DNA from: Nemertoderma westbladi | Lineage: Eukaryota; Animalia; Xenacoelomorpha | Reading direction: 5' to 3' | DNA: 64,000 nucleotides | NCBI GenBank assembly: GCA_032718475.1 | Contig: JAUCBJ010009048.1 | Span: 124,001 to 188,000, forward strand | In this document: piece by piece, positions 27,701 to 40,178 of the stretch | Numbering within the stretch: position 1 is the stretch's first letter | How the letters are laid out: the number at the start of each line of letters is the position of its first letter | Translations under genes and position numbers: made by a program | The notes under the pieces: generated by a model | The model's input: the letters and a program-made list of their open reading frames with translations, nothing else | What the model was told of the DNA's origin: nothing | Databases searched by the model: none

Positions 27701-27875
27701 CACTCGTGCCGTAAGGCTATAAAGTGAGATTTTATGAACAATGACATATATATAGTCAATTTTTTAATAATATAATAATTGGCATTATAAGGGAGTAATT
27801 AAATTGATGAATAACCAAATTGATATAAACAAAAGAAAGGCGACCTTTATTAATAGGTGTTTGTTTATATTACAG

Positions 27876-28181
27876 GCAGTTATTTATGTTGTCGACAGTT
27901 CAGACAGACGGAGACTCTTTGAGGCACATCAGGAACTCAGCAAGGTTCTTGCCGAGAAGGACCTAAGAGACGCGTTGCTCCTTGTCTGGGCTAACCGAGT
28001 GGGGGAGATGGGGTCTTCCACAGTGGAAGAGGTAACGGACGCACTCAACCTACACAAGTTGTGCTGCGGACGGAGTTGGTTGGTTCAGCCTTGTAACGCG
28101 GTGTCTGGTGATGGTTTACATGAGGGGTTAGACTGGCTGAGTCATCAGTTGGTCACTGCTGGGGTCTTCGATGTAGCTTAG
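27876..28181 (+). CDS. TRIM23: TRIM23/ARD1 exon 3 (C-half of ARF domain, stop)
   Basis: Acceptor TTACAG|GCA joins LNTQ to AVIYVVDSS; ends LHKLCCGRSW...GLDWLSHQLVTAGVFDVA*; AATAAA at 28335. Confidence 0.93.
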   Translation, partial: AVIYVVDSSDRRRLFEAHQELSKVLAEKDLRDALLLVWANRVGEMGSSTVEEVTDALNLHKLCCGRSWLVQPCNAVSGDGLHEGLDWLSHQLVTAGVFDVA

Positions 28182-28658
28182 ACCCTATTTATTGGACGAC
28201 GTCGGTTTCTGACTTTCTTGGAACATTGTGGGTATTTACTCTGCATGGACCGTGTAAAATTAGTTAAAAATGTTATTTTGGTGCAACTTTTGTATTTGTT
28301 TCGCATACAGTAAGAACGATTTACAAAATATATGAATAAATACTTTACTTTACTAACTATAAGTTTGGGTCAGTTTAGAAGGTCAATTAAAATTAATTAA
28401 TCTGTCAATAAATTAATTTTTTACCAAAAAATTATATGTTACACTAATTTATATAATTCTATAAAAAAAAATCGAAATAAAATAATGTCTCCTCAAACAA
28501 ACGATTATATACCAAATTTTAACACCTCCCATCAAAGTCAATCCTCCATATTAAAGAATCAAATCATCCAATCTCTAAATATGAGTCATGTATGCTAGGC
28601 ATACAGCTTTCTTATAACATTCGTTGCACAGCTTTGCAAAGTCGGCATTGACGTCCAT

Positions 28659-28717
28659 GTTGGATCGAACTTGTGACCTCCACTTTACAAGTCTGACTCT
28701 CTAACCATTCAGCTAGC
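28659..28717 (-). mobile_element. tRNA-like (TGT-loop) SINE head abutting an RTE fragment
   Basis: Minus strand reads GCTAGCTGAATGGTTAGAGAGTCAGACTTGTAAAGTGGAGGTCACAAGTTCGATCC. Confidence 0.45.
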
Positions 28718-28965
28718 AATCGCCTCCGCTTTGCAGGACATTGCTTTCGCCGTGAGGACCAGCCAGTGCATAATCTTGTACTTTGGCAGCCTCATGGAGT
28801 GAATAAGCATGGTGGACAGCCCATGACTTTCTTGAGACGCATCTTAAAGGACACTGGCCTTGAAGATGCGGATGATCTAGCAAATGTCATGGGTGATAGG
28901 GAGTTGTGGCGGCGCAATTTTGTCGACAAGCCGGCACAGCATTCTTAGAAATGCAGCTGCAATGC
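28718..28965 (+). mobile_element. RTE-type LINE 3' end fragment
   Basis: RLRFAGHCFR...LVLWQP...L...DTGL...WR; nearly identical to the inverted copy at 60028-60351. Confidence 0.8.
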
Positions 28966-29494
28966 TAACGTACTCATTACATTATCTTTATGCTGAAACT
29001 TAAAAATTTTATGGGCTTTCCCACTGGCCTGGATTATATAAATAAGTCAAATATGTTTTGAGAAGCATAGGGGGGGGGGGCTGGAGCGCAACACCGGTAG
29101 TTGTAGGACTCAACTACTTTACCTCCGTATAATAATCTATCCGAAGAAGTTAAGCTAAACGAAACTTAATGAGCTTCGTTTTAGTGAGGTTCACCTCCAT
29201 TGAGTTACTTGAGCACCGTTTAGAAACTGCGTTGAGGGCTCGTTGTATTATTATTATTAATAACGAAATTAAGTGAGGTTGACGGGGCTAGGTCAGTTAG
29301 TTTAGGGGGTGTGCTTTGACAATCTAAACAATATCAATGATCATCAATAATCGATAATCAATAATCGATAATAATTGATAATCGATGATCAGTTTAAGTT
29401 TCGATCCCTGCCAGTGTCCACTCAGCCTTTCAAGTTCAACCCCTGGTGTCGATAAAATGGGGCTAGTTGAATTACTGGGACCAAACCTTGGGAT

Positions 29495-32400
29495 ATGAGT
29501 AGCGCCCACCCCTAACCTTCGGGTAGCAGATAGGAGTAGCACCCACCCCTACCTTCGGGTAGCAGAAAGGAGTAGCGCCCACCCCTAACCTTCGGGTAGC
29601 AGATAGGAGTAGCACCCACCCCTACCTTCGGGTAGCAGATAGGAGTAGCGCCCACCCCTACCTTCGGGTAGCAGATATGAGTAGCGCCCACCCCTACCCT
29701 AGGGTAGCAGATAGGAGTAGCGCCAACCCCTACCTTCGGGTAGCAGATATGGGTAGCGCCCACCCCTACCTTCGGGCAAATATGAGTAGCGCCCACCCCT
29801 ACCCTAGGGTAGCAGATATGAGTAGCGCCCACCCCTACCCTAGGGTAGCAGATAGGAGTAGCACCCACCCCTACTTTCGGGTAGCAAATAGGTGTAGCGC
29901 CCACCCCTACCTTCGGGTAGCAGATATGAGTAGCGCCCACCCCTACCATAGGGTAGCAGATAGGAGTAGCACCCACCCCTACCTTCGGGTAGCATATAGG
30001 AGTAGCGCCCACCCCTACCTTCCGGTAGCAGAAATGAGTAGCGCCCACCCCTACCTTCCGGTAGCAGAAATGAGTAGCGCCCACCCCTACATCGGGTTTC
30101 GGATAAGAGTAGCGCCCACCCCCACCCTAGGGTAGCAGATAGGAGTAGCGCCCAACCCTACCTTCGGGTAGCAGATAGGAGTAGCACCCACCCCTACCTT
30201 CGGGTAGCAGATAGGAGTAGCATCCACCCCTGCCTTCGGGTAGCAGATAGGAGTAGCGCCCACCCCTCCCTTCGGGTAGCAGATATGAGTAGCGCCCACC
30301 CCCACCCTAGGGTAGCAGATAGGAGTAGCGCCCAACCCTACCTTCGGGTAGCAGATAGGCGTAGCACCCACCCCTACCTTCGGGTAGCAGATAGGAGTAG
30401 CATCCACCCCTACCTTCGGGTAGCAGATAGGAGTAGCGCCCACCCCTACCTTCGGGTAGCAGATATGAGTAGCGCCCACCCCTACCCTAGGGTAGCAGAT
30501 AGGAGTAGCGCCCAATAGGAGTAGCGCCCAACCCTACCTTCGGGTAGCAGATAGGAGTAGCACCCACCCCTACCTTCGGGTAGCAGATAGGAGTAGCACC
30601 CACCCCTACCTTCGGGTAGCATATAGGAGTAGCGCCCACCCCTACCTTCCGGTAGCAGAAATGAGTAGCGCCCACCCCTACCTTCCGGTAGCAGAAATGA
30701 GTAGCGCCCACCCCTACCCTAGGGTAGCAGATATGAGTAGCGCCCACCCCTACATCGGGTTTCGGATAAGAGTAGCGCCCACCCCCACCCTAGGGTAGCA
30801 GATAGGAGTAGCGCCAACCCCTACCTTCGGGTAGCAGATATGGGTAGCGCCCACCCCTACCTTCGGGCAAATATGAGTAGCGCCCACCCCTACCCTAGGG
30901 TAGCAGATATGAGTAGCGCCCACCCCTACCCTAGGGTAGCAGATATGAGTAGCGCCCACCCCTATCCTAGGGTAGCAGATATGAGTAGCGCCCACCCCTA
31001 CCTTAGGGTAGCAGATAGGAGTAGCGCCCACCCTTACCTTCGGGTAGCAGATAGGAGTAGCGCCCACCCCTACCTTCGGGTAGCAGGTAGGAGTAGCGCC
31101 CACCCTTACCTTCAGGTAGCAGATAGGAGTAGCGCCCACCACTACCTTCGGGTAGCAGATATGAGTAGCGCCCACCTATACTCTAGGGTAGCAGATAGGA
31201 GTAGCGCCCACCCCTACCTTCGGGTAGCAGATATGAGTAGCGCCCACCCCTACCCTAGGGTAGCAACATAGGAGTAGCGCCCACCCCTCCCGTAGGGTAG
31301 CAGATAGGAGTAGCGCCCACCTCTACCTTAGGGTAGCAGATAGGAGTAGCGCCCACCCCTACCTTCGGGTAGCTGATATGAGTAGCGCCCACCCCTACCC
31401 TAGGGTAGCAACATAGGAGTAGCGCCCACCCCTACCTTAGGGTAGCAGATAGGAGTAGCGTCCACCCCTACCCTAGGGTAGCAGATATGAGTAGCGCCCA
31501 TCCCTACCTTAGGGTAGCAGATAGGAGTAGCGCCCACCCCTACCCTAGGGTAGCAGATATGAGTAGCGCCCACCCCTACCTTAGGGTTGCAGATAGGAGT
31601 AGCGCCCACCCCTACCTTCGGGTAGCAGATAGGAGTAGCGCCCACCCCTACCTTCGGGTAGCAGGTAGGAGTAGCGCCCACCCTTACCTTCAGGTAGCAG
31701 ATAGGAGTAGCGCCCACCACTACCTTCGGGTAGCAGATATGAGTAGCGCCCACCCCTACTCTAGGGTAGCAGATAGGAGTAGCGCCCACCCCTACCTTCG
31801 CGTAGCAGATATGAGTAGCGCCCACCCCTACCCTAGGGTAGCAACATAGGAGTAGCGCCCACCCCTACCGTAGGGTAGCAGATAGGAGTACGCCCACCCC
31901 TACCTTAGGGTAGCAGATAGGAGCAGCGCCCACCCCAACCTTCGGGTAGCAGATATGAGTAGCGCCCACCCCTACCCTAGGGTAGCAACATAGGAGTAGC
32001 GCCCACCCCTACCTTAGGGTAACAGATAGGAGTAGCGCCCAACCCTACCCTAGGGTAGCAACATAGGAGTAGCGCCCACCCCTACCTTAGGGTAGCAGAT
32101 AGGAGTAGCGCCCACCCCTACCCTAGGGTAGCAGATATGAGTAGCGCCCACCCCTACCCTAGGGTAGCAGATATGAGTAGCGCCCACCCCTACCTTAGGG
32201 TTGCAGATAGGAGTAGCGCCCACCCCTACCTTAGGGTAGCAGATAGGAGTAGCGCCCACCCCTACCCTAGGGTAGCTGATATGAGTAGCGCCCACCCCTA
32301 CCCTAGGGTAGCAACATAGGAGTAGCGCCCACCCCTACCTTAGGGTAGCAGATAGGAGTAGCGCCCACCCCTACCCTAGGGTAGCAGATATGAGTAGCGC

Positions 32401-35400
32401 CCACCCCTACCTTAGGGTAGCAGATAGGAGTAGCGCCCACCCCTACCCTAGGGTAGCAGATATGAGTAGCGCCCACCCCTACATCGGGTTTCGGATAAGA
32501 GTAGCGCCCACCCCCACCCTAGGGTAGCAGATAGGAGTAGCGCCCAACCCTACCTTCGGGTAGCAGATAGGAGTAGCACCCACCCCTACCTTCGGCGGTA
32601 GCAGATAGGAGTAGCATCCACCCCTGCCTTCGGGTAGCAGATAGGAGTAGCGCCCACCCCTCCCTTCGGGTAGCAGATATGAGTAGCGCCCACCCCCACC
32701 CTAGGGTAGCAGATAGGAGTAGCGCCCAACCCTACCTTCGGGTAGCAGATAGGAGTAGCACCCACCCCTACCTTCGGGTAGCAGATAGGAGTAGCATCCA
32801 CCCCTACCTTCGGGTAGCAGATAGGAGTAGCGCCCACCCCTACCTTCGTTTAGCAGATATGAGTAGCGCCCACCCCTACCCTAGGGTAGCAGATAGGAGT
32901 AGCGCCCAATAGGAGTAGCGCCCAACCCTACCTTCGGGTAGCAGATAGGAGTAGCACCCACCCCTACCTTCGGGTAGCAGATAGGAGTAGCACCCACCCC
33001 TACCTTCGGGTAGCATATAGGAGTAGCGCCCACCCCTACCTTCCGGTAGCAGAAATGAGTAGCGCCCACCCCTACCTTCCGGTAGCAGAAATGAGTAGCG
33101 CCCACCCCTACCCTAGGGTAGCAGATATGAGTAGCGCCCACCCCTACATCGGGTTTCGGATAAGAGTAGCGCCCACCCCCACCCTAGGGTAGCAGATAGG
33201 AGTAGCGCCAACCCCTACCTTCGGGTAGCAGATATGGGTAGCGCCCACCCCTACCTTCGGGCAAATATGAGTAGCGCCCACCCCTACCCTAGGGTAGCAG
33301 ATATGAGTAGCGCCCACCCCTACCCTAGGGTAGCAGATATGAGTAGCGCCCACCCCTATCCTAGGGTAGCAGATATGAGTAGCGCCCACCCCTACCTTAG
33401 GGTAGCAGATAGGAGTAGCGCCCACCCTTACCTTCGGGTAGCAGATAGGAGTAGCGCCCACCCCTACCTTCGGGTAGCAGGTAGGAGTAGCGCCCACCCT
33501 TACCTTCAGGTAGCAGATAGGAGTAGCGCCCACCACTACCTTCGGGTAGCAGATATGAGTAGCGCCCACCTATACTCTAGGGTAGCAGATAGGAGTAGCG
33601 CCCACCCCTACCTTCGGGTAGCAGATATGAGTAGCGCCCACCCCTACCCTAGGGTAGCAACATAGGAGTAGCGCCCACCCCTCCCGTAGGGTAGCAGATA
33701 GGAGTAGCGCCCACCCCTACCTTAGGGTAGCAGATAGGAGTAGCGCCCACCCCTACCTTCGGGTAGCTGATATGAGTAGCGCCCACCCCTACCCTAGGGT
33801 AGCAACATAGGAGTAGCGCCCACCCCTACCTTAGGGTAGCAGATAGGAGTAGCGTCCACCCCTACCCTAGGGTAGCAGATATGAGTAGCGCCCATCCCTA
33901 CCTTAGGGTAGCAGATAGGAGTAGCGCCCACCCCTACCCTAGGGTAGCAGATATGAGTAGCGCCCACCCCTACCTTAGGGTTGCAGATAGGAGTAGCGCC
34001 CACCCCTACCTTCGGGTAGCAGATAGGAGTAGCGCCCACCCCTACCTTCGGGTAGCAGGTAGGAGTAGCGCCCACCCTTACCTTCAGGTAGCAGATAGGA
34101 GTAGCGCCCACCACTACCTTCGGGTAGCAGATATGAGTAGCGCCCACCCCTACTCTAGGGTAGCAGATAGGAGTAGCGCCCACCCCTACCTTCGCGTAGC
34201 AGATATGAGTAGCGCCCACCCCTACCCTAGGGTAGCAACATAGGAGTAGCGCCCACCCCTACCGTAGGGTAGCAGATAGGAGTACGCCCACCCCTACCTT
34301 AGGGTAGCAGATAGGAGCAGCGCCCACCCCAACCTTCGGGTAGCAGATATGAGTAGCGCCCACCCCTACCCTAGGGTAGCAACATAGGAGTAGCGCCCAC
34401 CCCTACCTTAGGGTAACAGATAGGAGTAGCGCCCACCCCTACCCTAGGGTAGCAACATAGGAGTAGCGCCCACCCCTACCTTAGGGTAGCAGATAGGAGT
34501 AGCGCCCACCCCTACCCTAGGGTAGCAGATATGAGTAGCGCCCACCCCTACCCTAGGGTAGCAGATATGAGTAGCGCCCACCCCTACCTTATGGTTGCAG
34601 ATAGGAGTAGCGCCCACCCCTACCTTAGGGTAGCAGATAGGAGTAGCGCCCACCCCTACCCTAGGGTAGCTGATATGAGTAGCGCCCACCCCTACCCTAG
34701 GGTAGCAACATAGGAGTAGCGCCCACCCCTACCTTAGGGTAGCAGATAGGAGTAGCGCCCACCCCTACCCTAGGGTAGCAGATATGAGTAGCGCCCACCC
34801 CTACCTTAGGGTAGCAGATAGGAGTAGCGCCCACCCCTACCCTAGGGTAGCAGATATGAGTAGCGCCCACCCCTACCTTAGGGTTGCAGATAGGAGTAGC
34901 GCCCACCCCTACCTTCGGGTAGCAGATAGGAGTAGCGCCCACCCCTACCTTCGGGTAGCAGGTAGGAGTAGCGCCCACCCTTACCTTCAGGTAGCAGATA
35001 GGAGTAGCGCCCACCACTACCTTCGGGTAGCAGATGTGAGTACCGCCCACCCCTATCCTAGGGTAGCAGATAGGAGTAGCGCCCACCCCTACCTTCGGCT
35101 GGCAGATATGGGTAGCGCCCACCCCTACCTTCGGGTAGCAGATAGGAGTAGCGCCCACCACTACCTTGGGGTAGCAGATATAAGTACCACCCACCCCTAC
35201 CCTAGGGTAGCAGATAGGAGTAGCGCTAACCCCTACCTTCGGGTAGCAGATATGGGTAGCGCCCAGCCCTACCTTCGGGCAAATATGAGTAGCGCCCACC
35301 CCTACCCTAGGGTAGCAGATATGAGTAGCGCCTACCCCTACCCTAGGGTAGCAGATAGGAGTAGCACCCACCCCTACTTTCGGGTAGCAGATAGGAGCAG

Positions 35401-38152
35401 CGCCCACCCCAACCTTCGGGTAGCAGATATGAGTAGCGCCCACCCCTACCCTAGGGTAGCAACATAGGAGTAGCGCCCACCCCTACCTTAGGGTAACAGA
35501 TAGGAGTAGCGCCCACCCCTACCCTAGGGTAGCACATAGGAGTAGCGCCCACGCCTACCTTCGGGTAGCAGAAAGGAGTAGCTTCCACCCTTACCTTCGG
35601 GTAGCAGATAGGAGTAGCGCCCACCACTACCTTCGGGTAGCAGATGTGAGTACCGCCCACCCCTACCCTAGGGTAGCAGATAGGAGTAGCGCCAACCCCT
35701 ACCTTCGGGTAGCCGATATGGGTAGCGCCCACCCCTACCTTCGGGTAGCAGATAGGAGTAGCGCCCACCACTACCTTGGGGTAGCAGATATGAGTACCAC
35801 CCACCCCTACCCTAGGGTAGCAGATAGGAGTAGCGCCCACCCCTACCTTCGGCTGGCAGATATGAGTAGCGCCTACCCCTACCCTAGGGTAGCAGATAGG
35901 AGTAGCACCCACCCCTACTTTCGGGTAGCAAATAGGTGTAGCGCCCACCCCTACCTTCGGGTAGCAGATATGAGTAGCGCCCACCCCTACCATAGGGTAG
36001 CAGATAGGAGTAGCGCCCATCCCTACCCTAGGGCAGCAGATATGAGTAGCACCCACCCCTACCTTCGGGTAGCATATAGGAGTAGCGCCCACCCCTACCT
36101 CCGGGTAGCAGATATGAGTAGCGCCCACCCCTACCCTAGGGTAGCAGATATGAGTAGCGCCCACCCCTACATCGGGTAGCGGATAAGAGTAGCGCCCACC
36201 CCTACCCTAGGGTAGCAGATAGGAGTAGCGCACACCCCTACCCTAGGGTAGCAGATAGGAGTAGCACCCACCCCTACCTTCGGGTAGCAGATAGGAGTAG
36301 CACCCACCCCTACCTTCGGGTAGCAGATAGGAGTAGCGCCCACCCCTACCTTCGGGTAGCAGATATGAGTAGCGCCCACCCCTACCCTAGGGTAGCAGAT
36401 AGGAGTAGCGCCCACCCCTACTCTAGGGTAGCAGATAGGAGTAGCGCCCACCCCTACCTTCGGGTGGCAGATATGAGTAGCGCCAACCCCTACCCTAGGG
36501 TAGCAACATAGGAGTAGCACCCACCCATACCGTAGGGTAGCAGATAGGAGTAGCGCCCACCCCTACCTAAGGGTAGCAGATAGGAGTAGTGCCCACCCCT
36601 ACCCTAGGGTAGCAGATAGGAGTAGCGCCCACCCCTACCTTCGGGTAGCAGATATGAGTAGCGCCCACCCCTACCCTAGGGTAGCAACATAGGAGTAGCG
36701 CTCATCCCTACCTTAGGGTAGCAGATATGAGTAGCGCCCACCCCTACCCTAGGCTATCAGATATGAGTAGCGCCCACCCCTACCTTCGGGTAGCAGATAG
36801 GAGTAGTGCCCACCCCTACCCTAGGGTAGCAGATAGGAGTAGCGCCCACCCCTACCCTAGGGTAGCAACATAGGAGTAGCGCTCATCCCTACCTTAGGGT
36901 AGCAGATATGAGTAGCGCCCACCCCTACCCTAGGCTATCAGATATGAGTAGCGCCCACCCCTACCTTCGGGTAGCAGATAGGAGTAGCGCCCACCCCTAC
37001 CCTAGGGTAGCAACATAGGAGTAGCGCCCACCCCTACCCTAGGGTAGCAACATAGGAGTAGCGCCCACCCCTACCTTAGGGTAGCAGATAGGAGTAGCGC
37101 CCACCCCTACCCTAGGGTAGCAGATATGAGTAGCGCCCACCCCTACCTTAGGGTAGCAGATAGGAGTAGCGCCCACCCCTACCTTCGGGTAGCAGATATG
37201 AGTAGCGCCCACCCCTACCTTCGGGTAGCAGATAGGAGTAGCGCCCACCCCTACCCTAGGGTAGCAGATATGAGTAGCGCCCACCCCTACCTTAGGGTAG
37301 CAGATAGGAGTAGCGCCCACCCCTACCTTCGGGTAGCAGATAGGAGTAGCGCCCACCACTACCTTCGGGTAGCAGATAGGAGTAGCGCCCACCCCTACCC
37401 TAGGGTAGCAACATAGGAGTAGCGCCCACCCCTACCCTAGGGTAGCAACATAGGAGTAGCGCCCACCCCTACCTTAGGGTAGCAGATAGGAGTAGCGCCC
37501 ACCCCTACCCTAGGGTAGCAGATATGAGTAGCGCCCACCCCTACCTTAGGGTAGCAGATAGGAGTAGCGCCCACCCCTACCTTCGGGTAGCAGATAGGAG
37601 TAGCACCCACCCCTACCTTCGGGTAGCAGATAGGAGTAGCGCCCACCCCTATATTCGTGTAGCAGATAGGAGTAGCGCCCACCCCTACCTTCGGGTAGCA
37701 GATAGGAGTAGCGCCCACCCCTACCTTCGGGTAGCAGATAGGAGTAGCGCCCACCCCTACCCTAGGGTAGCAGATAGGAGTAGCGCCCACCCCTACCCTA
37801 GGGTAGCAGATAGGAGTAGCGCCCACCCCTACCTTCGGGTAGCAGATAGGAGTAGCGCCCACCCCTACCCTAGGGTAGCAGATAGGAGTAGCGCCCACCC
37901 CTACCTTCGGGTAGCAGATAGGAGTAGCGCCCACCCCTACCTTCGGGTAGCAGATAGGAGTAGCGCCCACCCCTACCCTAGGGTAGCAGATAGGAGTAGC
38001 GCCCACCCCTACCTTCGGGTAGCAGATAGGAGTAGCGCCCACCCCTACCCTAGGGTAGCAGATAGGAGTAGCGCCCACCCCTACCCTAGGGTAGCAACAT
38101 AGGAGTAGCACCCACCCCTACCTTCGGGTAGCAGATATGAGTAGCGCCCACT
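29495..38152. repeat. 36-bp variant minisatellite (AGTAGCGCCCACCCCTACC-TTCG-GGTAGCAGATAGG), about 240 units, with a 2394-bp higher-order duplication
   Basis: The 12-aa periodicity of the ORF track gives a 36-bp unit. Near-identical variant ORFs recur 2394 bp apart (30750/33144, 31400/33794, 32050/34444). Confidence 0.97.
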
Positions 38153-38639
38153 CCTTTGAAATTGAATCGCAGCTTATTGCAATATTAATTAATTTAAATT
38201 ATTTAAATGTTTTAAATGTTTGAGGAGTGGATCCCACGCTGGGGATATATATCGGGAGTACTGCATGTCCTTATTGTTATTGTTATTCAGTGATTATTGC
38301 AATATTAATTAATTTAATTATTCTGGATCTATTTCGATCCTCCTCCCCTACAGTACCTTTTGTTTGACTTGTAAAGAACCATTTTCTTTCGAATTTCATC
38401 AATACCAAATAGGTTCACTTCAAATATTTTTTGGAGCATGAGATTTTTGTCACCTGTCATTTCAAAATTTGGTTACATATCAAATCATATCACAAATGAA
38501 CATAATATTAATGTTGAAACTGAGACCTATTGTAAATTCGATACGGTGGGATTCATGATGTCGTAGAAAATTGTTGATCTGGATTGCTGCAAAGATCCCA
38601 TAGAGAGACTGCTACGTGGGAACCAGAATGGGTTTCACA

Positions 38640-39710
38640 AACCTGGTTCTTAGAAGGATAATGAATTGACGGTCAATATAGACCGTCAACAAGACAGACA
38701 TCTGGCTGTTATCCTCATTGACTTCATTGAAGGCCTTTGTCTTTGTTTCATTCTCCCGACCACATATTCAGCATAATGGCGTTATATGGGATTCCTGAAG
38801 AATTTATTGCAGCTATCACATCACAGGTACGATGGTTCCATAATATTTGTTTCTATCGCTTAAATGGTGACACAGGACCATTCTAAGTGTTATGCGGAGT
38901 CCTCCAGCGTGACACAAAATGCACCATTCTTATTTATAATTGTCGTGGATAATGTTCTGCACACGTCCATAGACCAGAATGACGAAGGGACGATGGTAGG
39001 CCTACTCCCTACTGGCGCCAGAAGTCGAGTAAGTCCAACTAAGCACCTTATTGGTCAACTAACTACTACTTTTCTGTAGGTCGAGCGAGCTCGGACATTA
39101 CTGATCTAGATCTACTGTAGACTTTGCTGTTGACTTAGGAGTAGGCCCTACATTAAAACAGGCTGCTTATAGTGTTAGTCTAGTTCTAGTCTAGTCTTTC
39201 TTTTAACTACAAGACCCAGAATTTTGACAGTTAACTTCACAGTCCTTAGGGACTGTCTGATCGTATGAGCATAAGCTCAAGGATGGTGAGCTTATTGGCA
39301 AAGTGGACGACTTCTGCAATTTGGGATCATGGATCCGGAAGTCGGGTGAAGATCTTAGAATACGTAGGGGAGTGCATGGGATGTTTGTGAGTCAAATAGA
39401 ATACGTCGGGAACTTAAGGTTCGATTATTTAGAGCAGCAGTAGTTCCAGTACTCCTCTATGGGAGTCCATGCTGGGCTCTAACTGCTGAGGACACCAAAT
39501 CTCTGGATGGCACATTCACAAGAATACTACGCCGGGTTCTTTGAGTCAAGTACAATGTACACGTCTCCGACTAAAACTACTTTCTACACCCTCATTGGAG
39601 GTATTTCATTAGTCTCCCCTTCAACGGAGCCGCTTCCGCTTTACAGGACATTCCTTTCACCGTAAGGACCAGCCACCGCGCATAATATTGTGCATTGGCA
39701 GCCTTAAGCC
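38640..39710 (+). mobile_element. Highly degenerate RTE LINE (RT to 3' end)
   Basis: Remnants APFLFIIVVD, ITDL-DFA, FRAAVVPVLLYG and LDGTFTR; the last part recurs at ~40820-40940. Confidence 0.65.
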
Positions 39711-40004
39711 CATTGAGATGCCTATTAACAACGAATTGGCGAAGAGAATAAACCTTTTACATTTTTTGAAAAACCTTTAATTTTGGATTGATAGACAAAT
39801 AATTTACCGAAATGTTGAGAATTCTTTAATATTTTGACAGATAATAATTTAAGGATTTATTGAGAATTCTCGGAAGTTTTTGGTTGAAAGACAAATAATT
39901 ATACTAAAGTCTATAATTTTGATTGATTTACAAAAATATTGAGAATTAATTTAATTTTTGTACTTTTGAACCTATATACCAGGTTAACTGGTGAACTGTA
40001 TCGT

Positions 40005-40178
40005 ATTACGGAAGAATAATGAATTACGGTAGATGATTTGAGTGTTGTCCCGAAAGAATAATGAATTACGGTAGATGATTTGAGTGTTGTCCCGAAAGAA
40101 TAATGAATTACGGTAGATGATTTGAGTTTTGTCCCGAAAGAATAATGAATTACGGTAGATGATTTGAGTGTTGTCCCG
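40005..40178. repeat. 42-bp tandem repeat, about 4 copies
   Basis: Unit ATTACGGTAGATGATTTGAGTGTTGTCCCGAAAGAATAATGA. Confidence 0.9.

Noticed and set aside
29512-38111. Repetitive proteins (GATPICYPKVGV / SSAHPYLRVADR)
   Set aside because: Frames are repeatedly broken by indels and stops, and there is no unique N- or C-terminus or splice support.
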